Origin: Solirubrobacterales bacterium
GTDB taxonomy: Bacteria > Actinomycetota > Thermoleophilia > Solirubrobacterales > 70-9
Direction of reading: 5' to 3'
DNA: 48,960 nucleotides
NCBI GenBank assembly: GCA_036557385.1
Contig: DATBHQ010000134.1
Coordinates: forward strand, 1 to 48,960
Positions 1-8,327 of this stretch are shown here, in pieces. The position numbers were made by a program, and so were the translations under genes. Position 1 is the stretch's first letter; every line of letters starts with the position of its first letter. Under the pieces are notes generated by a model. The model was not told the DNA's origin, ran no database searches, and was given only the letters and a program-made list of their open reading frames with translations.

Positions 1-187
1 CGTGCGCAACTTCACGGAGAAGGCCGGGAAGGACGGGATCCCGAACGGCGCCCGGGTCATCTCGATCGGCCCGGTGACCAGCGAGGCGATCAGGGAGGCC
101 GGCCTGACCGTGGACGTGGAGGCCGAGCGGCACGACATCGCCGGGCTGGTCGAGGCCCTGCTCGTCGCGGCGTCCTCGGGATCCTGA
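1..187 (+). CDS. C-terminal fragment of a uroporphyrinogen-III synthase (HemD-like) domain; 5' end lies outside the window
   Basis: The ORF is open to the window edge. The string ISIGPVTSEAIREAGLTVDVEAERHDIAGLVEAL resembles the C-terminal HemD/HEM4 segment. By-eye similarity only. Confidence 0.5.
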   Translation, partial: VRNFTEKAGKDGIPNGARVISIGPVTSEAIREAGLTVDVEAERHDIAGLVEALLVAASSGS

Positions 188-221
188 CGAGCTCCGCAGG
201 GCCTGCTTACATCTCCTCACC

Positions 222-1310
222 ATGGGGAGGGCTCGACCCGTCGTCTTGCTGGGCGCCGTAGCGGCAACCGCCGGGTTCGCTTCGAACGCGGCCGCGTTGA
301 CGCCACCGCCGCCGGATCTCGGCTGCGTCTACTCGGGGCCGCCCGAGAACCGGGTCACCTTCACGATCGGCACCGGCGAGGAGACGGTCCTCGTGCGGCG
401 GGAGGGGAACGAGATCAAGCTGCTCTCCGAGCACGACCAGGGGACCGTGAAGCGGAAGGGAAGGCGCAAGCGGACCGTCTGGCGGCGCGTGTTCACGGCG
501 GCTCAATGCAACGCGACCCCGACCGTCCAGAACACCGACGCGATCCGGATTCGGATCGAGGCGGAGGAGATCGTCGATCTCGACGTCTCCCTGGAGGGAG
601 GGCCGCTGGCACCCGGCGCGACGCCCGAGGGCGATGGGACGCCGGAGATCGAGACGGAGGTCCAGCAGCTCACGGACTACGGACACACGGTCCGGCTCGT
701 CGGGACCCAGGGCACGGACTGGTTCCGCTTCGGTGCGACCGGAGGCACCCCCTTCACGCCGGCCGTCAACCTGAACGCCCAGGACGAGGGGCCATCTCCC
801 GATGCCGACGTGACGGTGCTCCCGCTCCCCCGAGGGGGGTCGGGGGGATTCAGCCTTCCCGGGCTCGTCCTCGCGCCGGCCGGAGGAGATGACCGCGTGA
901 CGACGGCGGGAGGCCCGGAGTTCGGTGCGCCGTCGCCCTTCGCGCCGTTGATCAGCGGCGGTCCCGGCAACGACGTCCTCTCGACGGTGGGCTCGGGGTG
1001 GAGCATCACCAAGGGCGGGGGCGGAAACGACCTGATCGAGGCAGGCTCGGGCCACAATCTCCTGCTCGGCGGAGCCGGCGGCGACACCATCATCGGCGGA
1101 CCGAACCGGGACAGCGTCGAGCCGGGAAAGGGACGCGACAAGGCGATCCTCGGCGATGGCTTCGACCTGGTCGCGGCGCTCGACCACAGGCGCGACCGGA
1201 TCAACTGCGGCCCACACGTCGATCTCGTGGCGAAGGACCGCAAGGACCGGACCCCCGGCTGCGAGCGGCGGATCTTCCGCCCCTTTCACCTGAAGATCTT
1301 CACGGACTAG
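222..1310 (+). CDS. Secreted protein with hemolysin-type (GGxGxD) calcium-binding repeats
   Basis: N-terminal signal-like segment VVLLGAVAATAGFASNAAA. C-terminal repeats GGPGNDVL, GGGGNDLIEAG, GGAGGDTIIGG, GKGRDKAILGDGFD. GC3-rich frame. Confidence 0.6.
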   Translation: MGRARPVVLLGAVAATAGFASNAAALTPPPPDLGCVYSGPPENRVTFTIGTGEETVLVRREGNEIKLLSEHDQGTVKRKGRRKRTVWRRVFTAAQCNATPTVQNTDAIRIRIEAEEIVDLDVSLEGGPLAPGATPEGDGTPEIETEVQQLTDYGHTVRLVGTQGTDWFRFGATGGTPFTPAVNLNAQDEGPSPDADVTVLPLPRGGSGGFSLPGLVLAPAGGDDRVTTAGGPEFGAPSPFAPLISGGPGNDVLSTVGSGWSITKGGGGNDLIEAGSGHNLLLGGAGGDTIIGGPNRDSVEPGKGRDKAILGDGFDLVAALDHRRDRINCGPHVDLVAKDRKDRTPGCERRIFRPFHLKIFTD

Positions 1311-1348
1311 GCCGCCGCGGGCCCGGGCGAAGCTGGTTTGATTCGCCG

Positions 1349-2161
1349 GTGGCGCAGCCGCGGCCGATCACCTTTCTCTCCGACTACGGCTATGAGGACG
1401 AGTTCGCCGGCGTCTGCCGTGCGGTGATCTCGCAGATCGCTCCGGGCGCGCCGCTGATCGACCTCAGCCACGGGATCGCGCGCCAGGACGTGCGCCAGGG
1501 CGCGATCGTGCTAGCCAACGCCCTCCCGTCCTGCCCGCCGGGCGTCCACCTGGCCGTCGTGGACCCAGGGGTGGGCTCCGCTCGGCGCGCGGTCGCGGTC
1601 GCCGCAGCGGAGGGGCGCTTCCTGGTCGGGCCCGACAACGGGCTGCTCTCGCGCGCCCTCGACCGGCTCGGCGGGGGGCTCGACGCGGTCGAGCTCTCCC
1701 GCTCGCCCTTCCGGTTGGAGCCGGTCTCGGCGACCTTCCACGGCCGCGACCTCTTCGCTCCCGTCGCTGCCCACCTCGCCCTCGGCGCCCGGCTGGAGGA
1801 GGCCGGCGAGCCGATCGACCCGGCCTCGCTGATGGCTCTCGAGCTTCCCACCCCACGGGTCGGACCCGACGAGATCGTCGCCCACGCGATCCACGTGGAC
1901 GGCTATGGGAACGTCACGCTCAACCTCGACTCCTCGCTGATCGCCGACGGCCCCTTGAGCCCCGGGGAGGCGCTCGAGGTCCGCGCTCCGGACGGCCGTT
2001 TCGAGGGAGCCTGGGCGCGGACCTTCGCCGACCTCGACGACGGCGAGGTGCTCCTCTTCGAGGACTCCTCGGGAGCGCTCGCCCTCGCGGTCAGCGGCGG
2101 CAGCGCGGCCGGGCTGATGAACCTCGCGCCCGACAGCGAGGTCACGCTGCGGCAGTTATGA
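1349..2161 (+). CDS. S-adenosyl-L-methionine hydroxide adenosyltransferase family protein (DUF62/SalL-like)
   Basis: ITFLSDYGYEDEFAGVCRAVI..., VVDPGVGS.RR, TFHGRDLFAPVAAHLA and HVDGYGN are hallmark strings of this family. In-frame GTG at 1349 chosen, because the upstream part of ORF 998-2161 overlaps the previous gene and is Arg/Pro-rich. Confidence 0.75.
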   Translation: MAQPRPITFLSDYGYEDEFAGVCRAVISQIAPGAPLIDLSHGIARQDVRQGAIVLANALPSCPPGVHLAVVDPGVGSARRAVAVAAAEGRFLVGPDNGLLSRALDRLGGGLDAVELSRSPFRLEPVSATFHGRDLFAPVAAHLALGARLEEAGEPIDPASLMALELPTPRVGPDEIVAHAIHVDGYGNVTLNLDSSLIADGPLSPGEALEVRAPDGRFEGAWARTFADLDDGEVLLFEDSSGALALAVSGGSAAGLMNLAPDSEVTLRQL

Positions 2162-2198
2162 GAGGGTGCCCCGGAAGCGGAGCTGAGGAGCAACCCGA

Positions 2199-2936
2199 TT
2201 GATGGTCGCCTTCGGCCGGCCGTACCGGCATTTCCGCCGCACGGACTCGACCAACGAACGCGCCAAGGAGCTCGCGATGGCGGGAGCGCCGGGCGGGCTG
2301 GTCGTCACCGCGGAGGAGCAGACCGCGGGGCGGGGACGGCGCGGGAACGATTGGTTCGCTCCCCCCGGGTCCTGCCTGCTCTACTCGGCGCTGCTGCGGC
2401 CCTTCGCCGCCAGCCGCGCGCCGCTGCTCCCACTCGCCGTGCCGGTCGCGGTCTGCGAGGCGGCCGAGGCGGTCGCCCCCGTCCGCTGCCGGCTCAAGTG
2501 GCCGAACGACGTCTGGATCGACGAGCGGAAGGTCGCGGGCGTCCTGGTCGAGGCGCGCCCGGACGAGGGGTGGGCCGTGATCGGGGTGGGTCTGAACGTC
2601 GCTATCCCGACCGAGGCCTTTCCGCCCGAGCTTCGCGAGACCGCGACCTCGCTGCTGCCCACCGAGGCGGAGGACGGAGTGCCTCCGGGGGGCGCGCCCA
2701 GCGTCCGGCGGGCTCGCGATCAGCTCAGCGACGCGCTCGGCCGCTGGGCCGCCGCGAGCGACGAGGAGGTCCTCGCCGCGTTCCGGGCGCGCGATGCGCT
2801 CTGCGGGCGGCACGTCTCATGGGATGGCGGCGATGGCACCGCCACGGAGATCGACGAGCGCGGGCACCTGGTCGTCGCAGACTCCGGCGGCGAGCGAATC
2901 ACCCTCGGCGCCGGCGAGGTTCACCTCGCGATCTAG
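2199..2936 (+). CDS. birA: Biotin--[acetyl-CoA-carboxylase] ligase, catalytic-only form without N-terminal HTH
   Basis: STNERAKEL...VVTAEEQTAGRGRRGNDWFAPPGSCLLYS is the BirA GRGRxGR motif context. KWPNDV is present. The start may be TTG 2199 or ATG 2202; GAGGAG lies upstream. Confidence 0.8.
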   Translation: MMVAFGRPYRHFRRTDSTNERAKELAMAGAPGGLVVTAEEQTAGRGRRGNDWFAPPGSCLLYSALLRPFAASRAPLLPLAVPVAVCEAAEAVAPVRCRLKWPNDVWIDERKVAGVLVEARPDEGWAVIGVGLNVAIPTEAFPPELRETATSLLPTEAEDGVPPGGAPSVRRARDQLSDALGRWAAASDEEVLAAFRARDALCGRHVSWDGGDGTATEIDERGHLVVADSGGERITLGAGEVHLAI

Positions 2937-3166
2937 CTCGCCTCCATCGGGTCCTCGCCGGGACGGGTGCCCCGCTCAGCGCCCTGCGTCGGGTCCTCGC
3001 CCGGACCATCGCTTCCCTGGGTCGGGTCGGCGTCCGCCTGCTTCCGTCCCTGGGTGGGATCCTGAGAGGGCTCGTCAACGGCCGCCTCGCCGCGGGTGGG
3101 GTCCTTCTCGTCAGCCTCTGATCCACGGGTGGGATCGTCTTCAGGCCTGTTCGCCTGGTCGCTCAT
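2933..3166 (-). CDS. Small (77 aa) acidic, repeat-containing hypothetical protein with five DPT(R/Q)G motifs
   Basis: ATG at 3166 is preceded by a near-perfect SD. Sequence: MSDQANRPEDDPTRGSEADEKDPTRGEAAVDEPSQDPTQGRKQADADPTQGSDGPGEDPTQGAERGTRPGEDPMEAS. The 3' end overlaps the birA stop by 4 nt (convergent). Confidence 0.55.
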   Translation of the reverse strand: MSDQANRPEDDPTRGSEADEKDPTRGEAAVDEPSQDPTQGRKQADADPTQGSDGPGEDPTQGAERGTRPGEDPMEAS

Positions 3167-3170
3167 CGCG

Positions 3171-3180
3171 TCACCTCCTT
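3171..3180 (-). promoter_or_regulatory. Shine-Dalgarno AAGGAGGTGA for the small repeat protein
   Basis: Reverse complement of tcacctcctt. The GGAGG core lies 7 nt upstream of the ATG at 3166. Confidence 0.6.
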
Positions 3181-3259
3181 TGGTATCTGCCTTGGAGGTA
3201 CCCGTCCGCGCCGTGCCGGAGACCGGCCGGGTCACCCGGCTTACGCCGGTCCGGGCTCG

Positions 3260-5854
3260 CTAGGGCTCGTCGGCCGCGTCCGCGGCCTCGACCTCATCGG
3301 GCTCGCTGGGCTCGGGACGCGAGCCGTTCTCGCTCTCGCTCGCCTCGAGCTGATCGAGCTCGCGATCCTCGGCGCTGCCGTTGGCGCCCGCGGCCCGCCC
3401 GTTCTTCTCGGCCGCCCCGTTCTCCTGGGAGGCGCCCTTGCGCTTGCGTCGCCTTCGGCGGCCGCCGGCCTTGGGGAAGTTGCGAAGCAGCTCGCGGGCG
3501 ACCGCGGAGGGCTTGCGGGCGGCGCGCATCCGGGCCCCGCGGAGGACCTCCTCGCCCTCGGGAGTGTGCGCGATCCCGGCGGCGAGCAGCGCCGCCGCCA
3601 AGCGGCGGTCCTGATTGCGAGCCGCGTGTACGAGGCGGCGGGCGTTTCGCCCGTGCGCCCGGCCGGATGAGTTGACGAGAAGGCCGAGCAGCCGCTTGGT
3701 CTCCGGCCAGCGCTGCACGGCGTACTCCTCGTGCAGGTCGCGTGTGTAGTCGGCGAGGCGCCAGACCCAGGCCTGGGCCTGGTCGCGGCGGCCGATCCGG
3801 CGCTCGGCCAGGGCCTCCAGCATCACCTTCGTGCCGGCGCGCCGGTCGTCCCGGGACCAGGTGCCGATCGTGTCGATCGCGTCGTCCAGGGCCTCCGGAT
3901 CGCGGAGGGTGGCGATCTCCGAGAGCGCCTTGAGGCGCAGCTGCTGGTTGCGGTTCCGCTGCACGCAGGTGAGCAGGAAGCGGCGGCGGAGCTCCCTGTT
4001 CTGGTCGTGTTGGAGCATCGCCTTGGCGCGGCGCCAGCCGGAGGGGTTGACGCGGGCACCGGCGAGGGCGGCCCAGACGTGCTGCTCGGAGTGGTTCAGG
4101 TTCTCGACCGCGATCCGCCAGAGCTCTCGCTCGAGCACGCGCAGGCGGCGGTTCGGGTCGTCGGAGACCGGCACGACGCGCTTCTCGACCCGCACCCGGC
4201 GCCCCCGGCCGCGGCGCACTGGGCCGACCACGATCGCGCCGCCTCGATAGACGTCGCGGTCGAGCAGGCTGTGCAGGGTGACGATCGTCTCGTCGTGGGT
4301 CGTGGCCGGGTGGACGAAGTCGATCACCAGGCCGGCCTCCTTGCCCGGGTTGCGCCGGGTGACGCGGCCGACCCGCTGCTGGTAGACCCGCCGGGATGCG
4401 GTCGGGGCGAGATGCATGCAGATCGTCGCCCTTGGCGAGTTCCAGCCCTCGGCGAGCAGCATCGCGTTGCACAGCACATCGACGTCACCTCGCTCGAACC
4501 CGGCCAGGATCTCCGCCAGCTCCCGCTTCGGGGTCTCGCCCGAGACGGCGCGCGCGTTGATCCCGACCTCCTGGAAGGCCTTGGCGACGTTGTTCGCGTG
4601 CTTCACCCCGGCGGTGTAGACGACGCCCGGGACGCGGCGGAAGCGGGAGCGGTAGAGGTCGGCGATCGCCACGTTGAACGGCGTCTGATCGAGGAGCTTG
4701 GCCAGCTCCTCCTGGTCGAAGTCCTGGTCGACCTCGCCCTTGCGCAGGGGGACCTTGGCGATCGTCCGCACGCCCGGCCCGGGCGGGATGCGCACGCAGC
4801 GGAGCGGCGCGATCACACCGCGGCGGGCCGCCTGGGCGAGGTCGAAGCGGGAGGTCTGGGTGGGAAAGAGGTCGGTGACGTGGCGTGCGATCAGCGCGCC
4901 GGTGGCGGTCATCCCGATGAAGACGGGTCCCGGCCAGGCCCGGATGCAGGCGCTGGTCTTCTCGCCGAGCGCGGTGTGGGCCTCGTCGCAGATCACGATC
5001 GAGTACGCGTCCGAGATGCGGCCGGCGTTGCGCACGAACCACTGATAGGTCTCCACCGTCACGGGGCCGTAGGGGTGGTCGGCGCCGTCGAGCAATGGGG
5101 GCGAGAGGCGGTCGGCGTAGCCCCGATCGGAGATCTCGCCGATGAACTGGTCGACCAGGTTGCGGCGGTGGGTGAGGATCAGGATGCCGCCGGTGCGCGA
5201 AGCCTCGATGAAGCCGACCGCCGCGACCGTCTTGCCGGAGCCGGTGGCGTGCTCGAACCAGAAGCGCCGGTCGGCACCAGGGTCATCGATCGCCTCCTCG
5301 ACGACGTCCTCGTCCTCCTCCTCGGTCCAATCCTCGGCCTCCTCGGCCTCGGTCGCCTCCTCCTCTTCCTCCTCCTCATCCTCCTCGGGCGCGGCGCCAG
5401 CCGCATCGATCTCCGAGCCGTTTTCCTCCGGCTCCTCCTCCGCGGTGGTGCTCCCCGCCGCGCGCCCGTTGCCGTTGCCGGTCCACGGGTGGCCGTTGAT
5501 TCGCTCCTGCACATCCGCGATCAGCGCCGCGAGGGTGCCGGAGAGCGCGTCAACCTGGTGGGCCGAGAGCTCGGCGCCATCGGCGAGGTGCGGCTCCTCC
5601 TCGGAGAGCAGGCGCTCCAGGCCGAGCATGAGGGAGAAGTCCCGGCGCCACTCGATCGAGGGAGCCTCGTGCCCCTCGTCGATCTCGGCGAGCGCGGCGT
5701 CGAGCGCTCTGCGGCGGGGAGTCCCCGGGGCGAGGTCCTTGGGCTTCTCTCCCTCGAGCAGGAACGGCTCTCGGGCGAACTCCCGGGCTCGCTCGATGTC
5801 GGCGCTCGTAGGCGCCTTCGCCGCACTGGCGGCTGCCTTGGTGTCTTCAGCCAT
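3260..5854 (-). CDS. Superfamily-2 DEAD/DEAH-box helicase (SSL2/type III restriction Res-like core) with an acidic insertion and a long C-terminal domain of unknown function
   Basis: Walker A HATGSGKTV, DEAH box VICDEAH, motif III MTAT, motif VI QQRVGRVTRR. Start set at MAEDTKAAAS (ATG 5854). The further upstream part of ORF 3260-6424 overlaps the divergent TlpA gene and looks non-coding. Confidence 0.8.
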   Translation of the reverse strand: MAEDTKAAASAAKAPTSADIERAREFAREPFLLEGEKPKDLAPGTPRRRALDAALAEIDEGHEAPSIEWRRDFSLMLGLERLLSEEEPHLADGAELSAHQVDALSGTLAALIADVQERINGHPWTGNGNGRAAGSTTAEEEPEENGSEIDAAGAAPEEDEEEEEEEATEAEEAEDWTEEEDEDVVEEAIDDPGADRRFWFEHATGSGKTVAAVGFIEASRTGGILILTHRRNLVDQFIGEISDRGYADRLSPPLLDGADHPYGPVTVETYQWFVRNAGRISDAYSIVICDEAHTALGEKTSACIRAWPGPVFIGMTATGALIARHVTDLFPTQTSRFDLAQAARRGVIAPLRCVRIPPGPGVRTIAKVPLRKGEVDQDFDQEELAKLLDQTPFNVAIADLYRSRFRRVPGVVYTAGVKHANNVAKAFQEVGINARAVSGETPKRELAEILAGFERGDVDVLCNAMLLAEGWNSPRATICMHLAPTASRRVYQQRVGRVTRRNPGKEAGLVIDFVHPATTHDETIVTLHSLLDRDVYRGGAIVVGPVRRGRGRRVRVEKRVVPVSDDPNRRLRVLERELWRIAVENLNHSEQHVWAALAGARVNPSGWRRAKAMLQHDQNRELRRRFLLTCVQRNRNQQLRLKALSEIATLRDPEALDDAIDTIGTWSRDDRRAGTKVMLEALAERRIGRRDQAQAWVWRLADYTRDLHEEYAVQRWPETKRLLGLLVNSSGRAHGRNARRLVHAARNQDRRLAAALLAAGIAHTPEGEEVLRGARMRAARKPSAVARELLRNFPKAGGRRRRRKRKGASQENGAAEKNGRAAGANGSAEDRELDQLEASESENGSRPEPSEPDEVEAADAADEP

Positions 5855-6032
5855 CCGAGGCTCTCTGATCTGCCGCTCCTCGCCAATCGGGGATGGGCGA
5901 GGCGCATTTGGCCTGATCACGGGGAAGACCCGAGATACGGTCTTTCCCGCTCCGGGCACTCCCTGGGTCCAGGAACTAGATGGACCGGTAGGAATTAAAG
6001 CACTCTTGATCACCGACTCGTATTCCTTGGAC

Positions 6033-6629
6033 GTGAGATCCGACTCCCGCCCCAGACGGCCAGGCGTGCTGCTGCTCCTGCTCGCCGCGCTCGCCGCGCT
6101 CGCGATCGCGGGCTGCGGCGGCTCGGGCAACGGAAATCCCGACTCCCGATTGACCGCCGAGCAGGCGAAGGCCCCGATCGCCGGCGCGCCGCCGCAGCTC
6201 GCGGCGATCCGCGCGCAGGCCGGGCAGCTGCTGGAGGGCGGCAGCGACGCCTTCGACGCCCGGCTCACCCAGCTGCGCGGGACGCCGGTCGTCGTCAACA
6301 AGTGGGCCTCCTGGTGCGGCCCCTGCCGGCTGGAGTTTCCCTGGTTCCAGACCCTCGCCGAGAAGCGCGGCGGGCAGATCGCCTTCTTGGGTGTCAACGC
6401 GAACGACTCGGACGGCTCCGCCAAGACCTTCCTCTCCGAGCTCCCCCTGCCCTATCCCTCCTACACCGACCCGGATCTGAAGATCGCGCAGGATCTCGGT
6501 GGGCCACCGCAGGCGTTTCCGACGACCACCTACTACGACCGCTCGGGCAAGCAGGTCTTCACCCACCCAGGCGTCTATCAGGACGAGCACGCCCTGACCG
6601 CCGACGTGAACCGATACGCAGGCGGATAA
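6033..6629 (+). CDS. TlpA/ResA-like thiol-disulfide oxidoreductase, probable lipoprotein
   Basis: Lipobox-like LAIAGC after a hydrophobic leader. Thioredoxin motif WASWCGPCRLEFP. Start GTG 6033 (or TTG 6027) within ORF 5142-6629. Confidence 0.75.
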   Translation: MRSDSRPRRPGVLLLLLAALAALAIAGCGGSGNGNPDSRLTAEQAKAPIAGAPPQLAAIRAQAGQLLEGGSDAFDARLTQLRGTPVVVNKWASWCGPCRLEFPWFQTLAEKRGGQIAFLGVNANDSDGSAKTFLSELPLPYPSYTDPDLKIAQDLGGPPQAFPTTTYYDRSGKQVFTHPGVYQDEHALTADVNRYAGG

Positions 6630-6636
6630 TGGGGAC

Positions 6637-7104
6637 ATGACCGGCCTCGCCATCGCCCTTCTGGCCCTGGCGCTGCTGCTCTTCATCGCCGAGGCCCACG
6701 CGCCGACCACGGTGGCCGGGCTACTCGGCGTCGCGGCGCTGGTCGGAGCCGGCTTCGCCTGGCGGGACGCCGGGCACGACGTGCCGGTGGCGGCGATCAT
6801 CGTCGGCGGCGTGATCCTCGCCGCCTTCGTCGTCTTCGCCTCACGCAAGGCGATCGCGGCGCACCGCGACGAGCCCGTCCGAACCGGCTCCGAGGAGCTG
6901 GTCGGAGCCGTGGCCGAGGTGCGGGCGCCGCTCGATCCCGAGGGTCAGGTCTTCATCCAGGGCGCGCTCTGGAGGGCGCGCGCCAGGGGCCCTGCCGGGA
7001 TCGGGCCAGGCACTAGAGTCCGCGTCAAGGCGGTGGATGGCCTGACCCTGGAGGTCGAGCCGGTCGCCGACCAAGATCCGGCAACAGTCGAGAAAGGGGC
7101 CTGA
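6637..7104 (+). CDS. NfeD-family membrane protein
   Basis: Two N-terminal hydrophobic helices plus a C-terminal OB-like segment GQVFIQGALWRAR...GTRVRVKAVDGLTLEVEP. Sits immediately upstream of an SPFH gene, the classic NfeD-SPFH pairing. Confidence 0.75.
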   Translation: MTGLAIALLALALLLFIAEAHAPTTVAGLLGVAALVGAGFAWRDAGHDVPVAAIIVGGVILAAFVVFASRKAIAAHRDEPVRTGSEELVGAVAEVRAPLDPEGQVFIQGALWRARARGPAGIGPGTRVRVKAVDGLTLEVEPVADQDPATVEKGA

Positions 7105-7107
7105 CCC

Positions 7108-7875
7108 ATGGCGGTAGCGATCGGCGTAATCGTTGTCATCGCGTTCTTCGTCCTGATCTTCCTCGGCTCCTCGATCCGGGTCCTGAGGGAGTACGAGCGA
7201 GGCGTGATCTTCCGCCTCGGCCGCCTGATCGCGCAGAAGGGCCCCGGGCTGATCCTGCTGGTGCCGGTGATCGACCGCATGGTCAGGGTGGATCTCCGAA
7301 CCGTGACGCTCAACATCCCGCCGCAGGAGGTGATCACCCGCGACAACGTCCCGGCCCGGGTGAACGCGGTCGCCTACTTCCGGGTGATCGACCCGAACAA
7401 CGCGATCGTCGAGGTCGAGAACTTCCTGCTCGCCACCTCGCAGATCGCCCAGACCACCCTGCGCTCGGTGCTCGGCAAGGCCGACCTCGACCAGCTGCTC
7501 GCCGAGCGGGAGCGGCTCAACGAGGACCTGCAGAAGATCATCGACGAGCAGACCGAGCCGTGGGGGGTGAAGGTCAGCACCGTCGAGATCAAGGACGTAG
7601 AGATCCCCGAGCAGATGCAGCGGGCGATGGCGCGCCAGGCAGAGGCCGAGCGGGAGCGCCGCGCGAAGATCATCAACGCGGAGGGTGAGTTCCAGGCCGC
7701 CGAGAAGCTCGCCGACGCCGCCGACATCATCTCCAAGAACCCGGCGACGCTCCAGCTGCGCTACCTGCAGACCCTGCTTGAGATGGGCGTCAACCAGAAC
7801 ACCACGATCGTCTTCCCGCTGCCGATCGAGTTCATCGACGCCTTCCAGCACCTCACCAAGAAGTTGGACAGCTGA
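7108..7875 (+). CDS. SPFH/band-7 (stomatin-like) protein
   Basis: N-terminal TM helix, then [18 protein letters not shown]...[18 protein letters not shown]...[21 protein letters not shown]... and [14 protein letters not shown]. Typical prokaryotic stomatin. Confidence 0.9.
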   Translation: MAVAIGVIVVIAFFVLIFLGSSIRVLREYERGVIFRLGRLIAQKGPGLILLVPVIDRMVRVDLRTVTLNIPPQEVITRDNVPARVNAVAYFRVIDPNNAIVEVENFLLATSQIAQTTLRSVLGKADLDQLLAERERLNEDLQKIIDEQTEPWGVKVSTVEIKDVEIPEQMQRAMARQAEAERERRAKIINAEGEFQAAEKLADAADIISKNPATLQLRYLQTLLEMGVNQNTTIVFPLPIEFIDAFQHLTKKLDS

Positions 7876-7901
7876 GCGCAGACTGCCGCCTCACCGTCAC
7901 G

Positions 7902-8327
7902 GTGCGCCCGGCCCGTGACGACACGGAAGTCGCAGCCGCGATGGACCTTCGCGTCAAGGTCTTTATCGACGAGCAGGGTGTCGACCCCGCCGAGGAAAGG
8001 GACGAGCTCGATGCGGTCTCCCTCCAGCTCGTCGGGCTGGACGAGAGCGGTGTGATCGCGACCTGCCGCCTGCGGGAGCTGGGCGCTGCCGAGTGGAAGC
8101 TGGAGAGGATGGCGGTCGAGCGCCGCCTGCGCGGGAACGGCGTCGGCGGGCAGCTGCTGGCGGGGGCGGAGCGCGAGGCGCGCGAGCGGGGCGCCCGCGC
8201 GATGGTCCTGCACGCCCAGCGGCGGGCCGAGAGCTTCTACGCCGCCCACGGCTACGCCCGCGAGGGGAACGTCTTCCTGGAGGCCGAGATCGAGCACGTG
8301 CGGATGCGAAAGGCGCTCGATGGCTGA
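7902..8327 (+). CDS. GNAT family N-acetyltransferase
   Basis: MAVERRLRGNGVGGQLL (the Q/RxxGxG/A acetyl-CoA motif) and FYAAHGY near the C-terminus. Overlaps the next gene by 8 nt. Confidence 0.75.
   Translation: MRPARDDTEVAAAMDLRVKVFIDEQGVDPAEERDELDAVSLQLVGLDESGVIATCRLRELGAAEWKLERMAVERRLRGNGVGGQLLAGAEREARERGARAMVLHAQRRAESFYAAHGYAREGNVFLEAEIEHVRMRKALDG

Noticed and set aside
5290-5395. GAG/GAA/GAC-rich tandem-like DNA that might be a microsatellite or repeat element.
   Set aside because: It is in frame within the helicase gene and simply encodes the poly-Glu/Asp insertion.
5920-5955. Imperfect hairpin GGGAAGACC...GGTCTTTCCC in the helicase/TlpA divergent intergenic region.
   Set aside because: The stem is short and bulged, there is no flanking U-tract or known riboswitch features, and the position in a promoter region gives no clear role.
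5855-6424. N-terminal 190-aa extension of the helicase ORF (3260-6424), and the 5' 297-codon extension of ORF 5142-6629.
   Set aside because: The two extensions overlap each other on opposite strands and carry no motifs. Sensible starts (ATG 5854; GTG 6033 in front of a lipoprotein signal) leave a normal divergent intergenic region.
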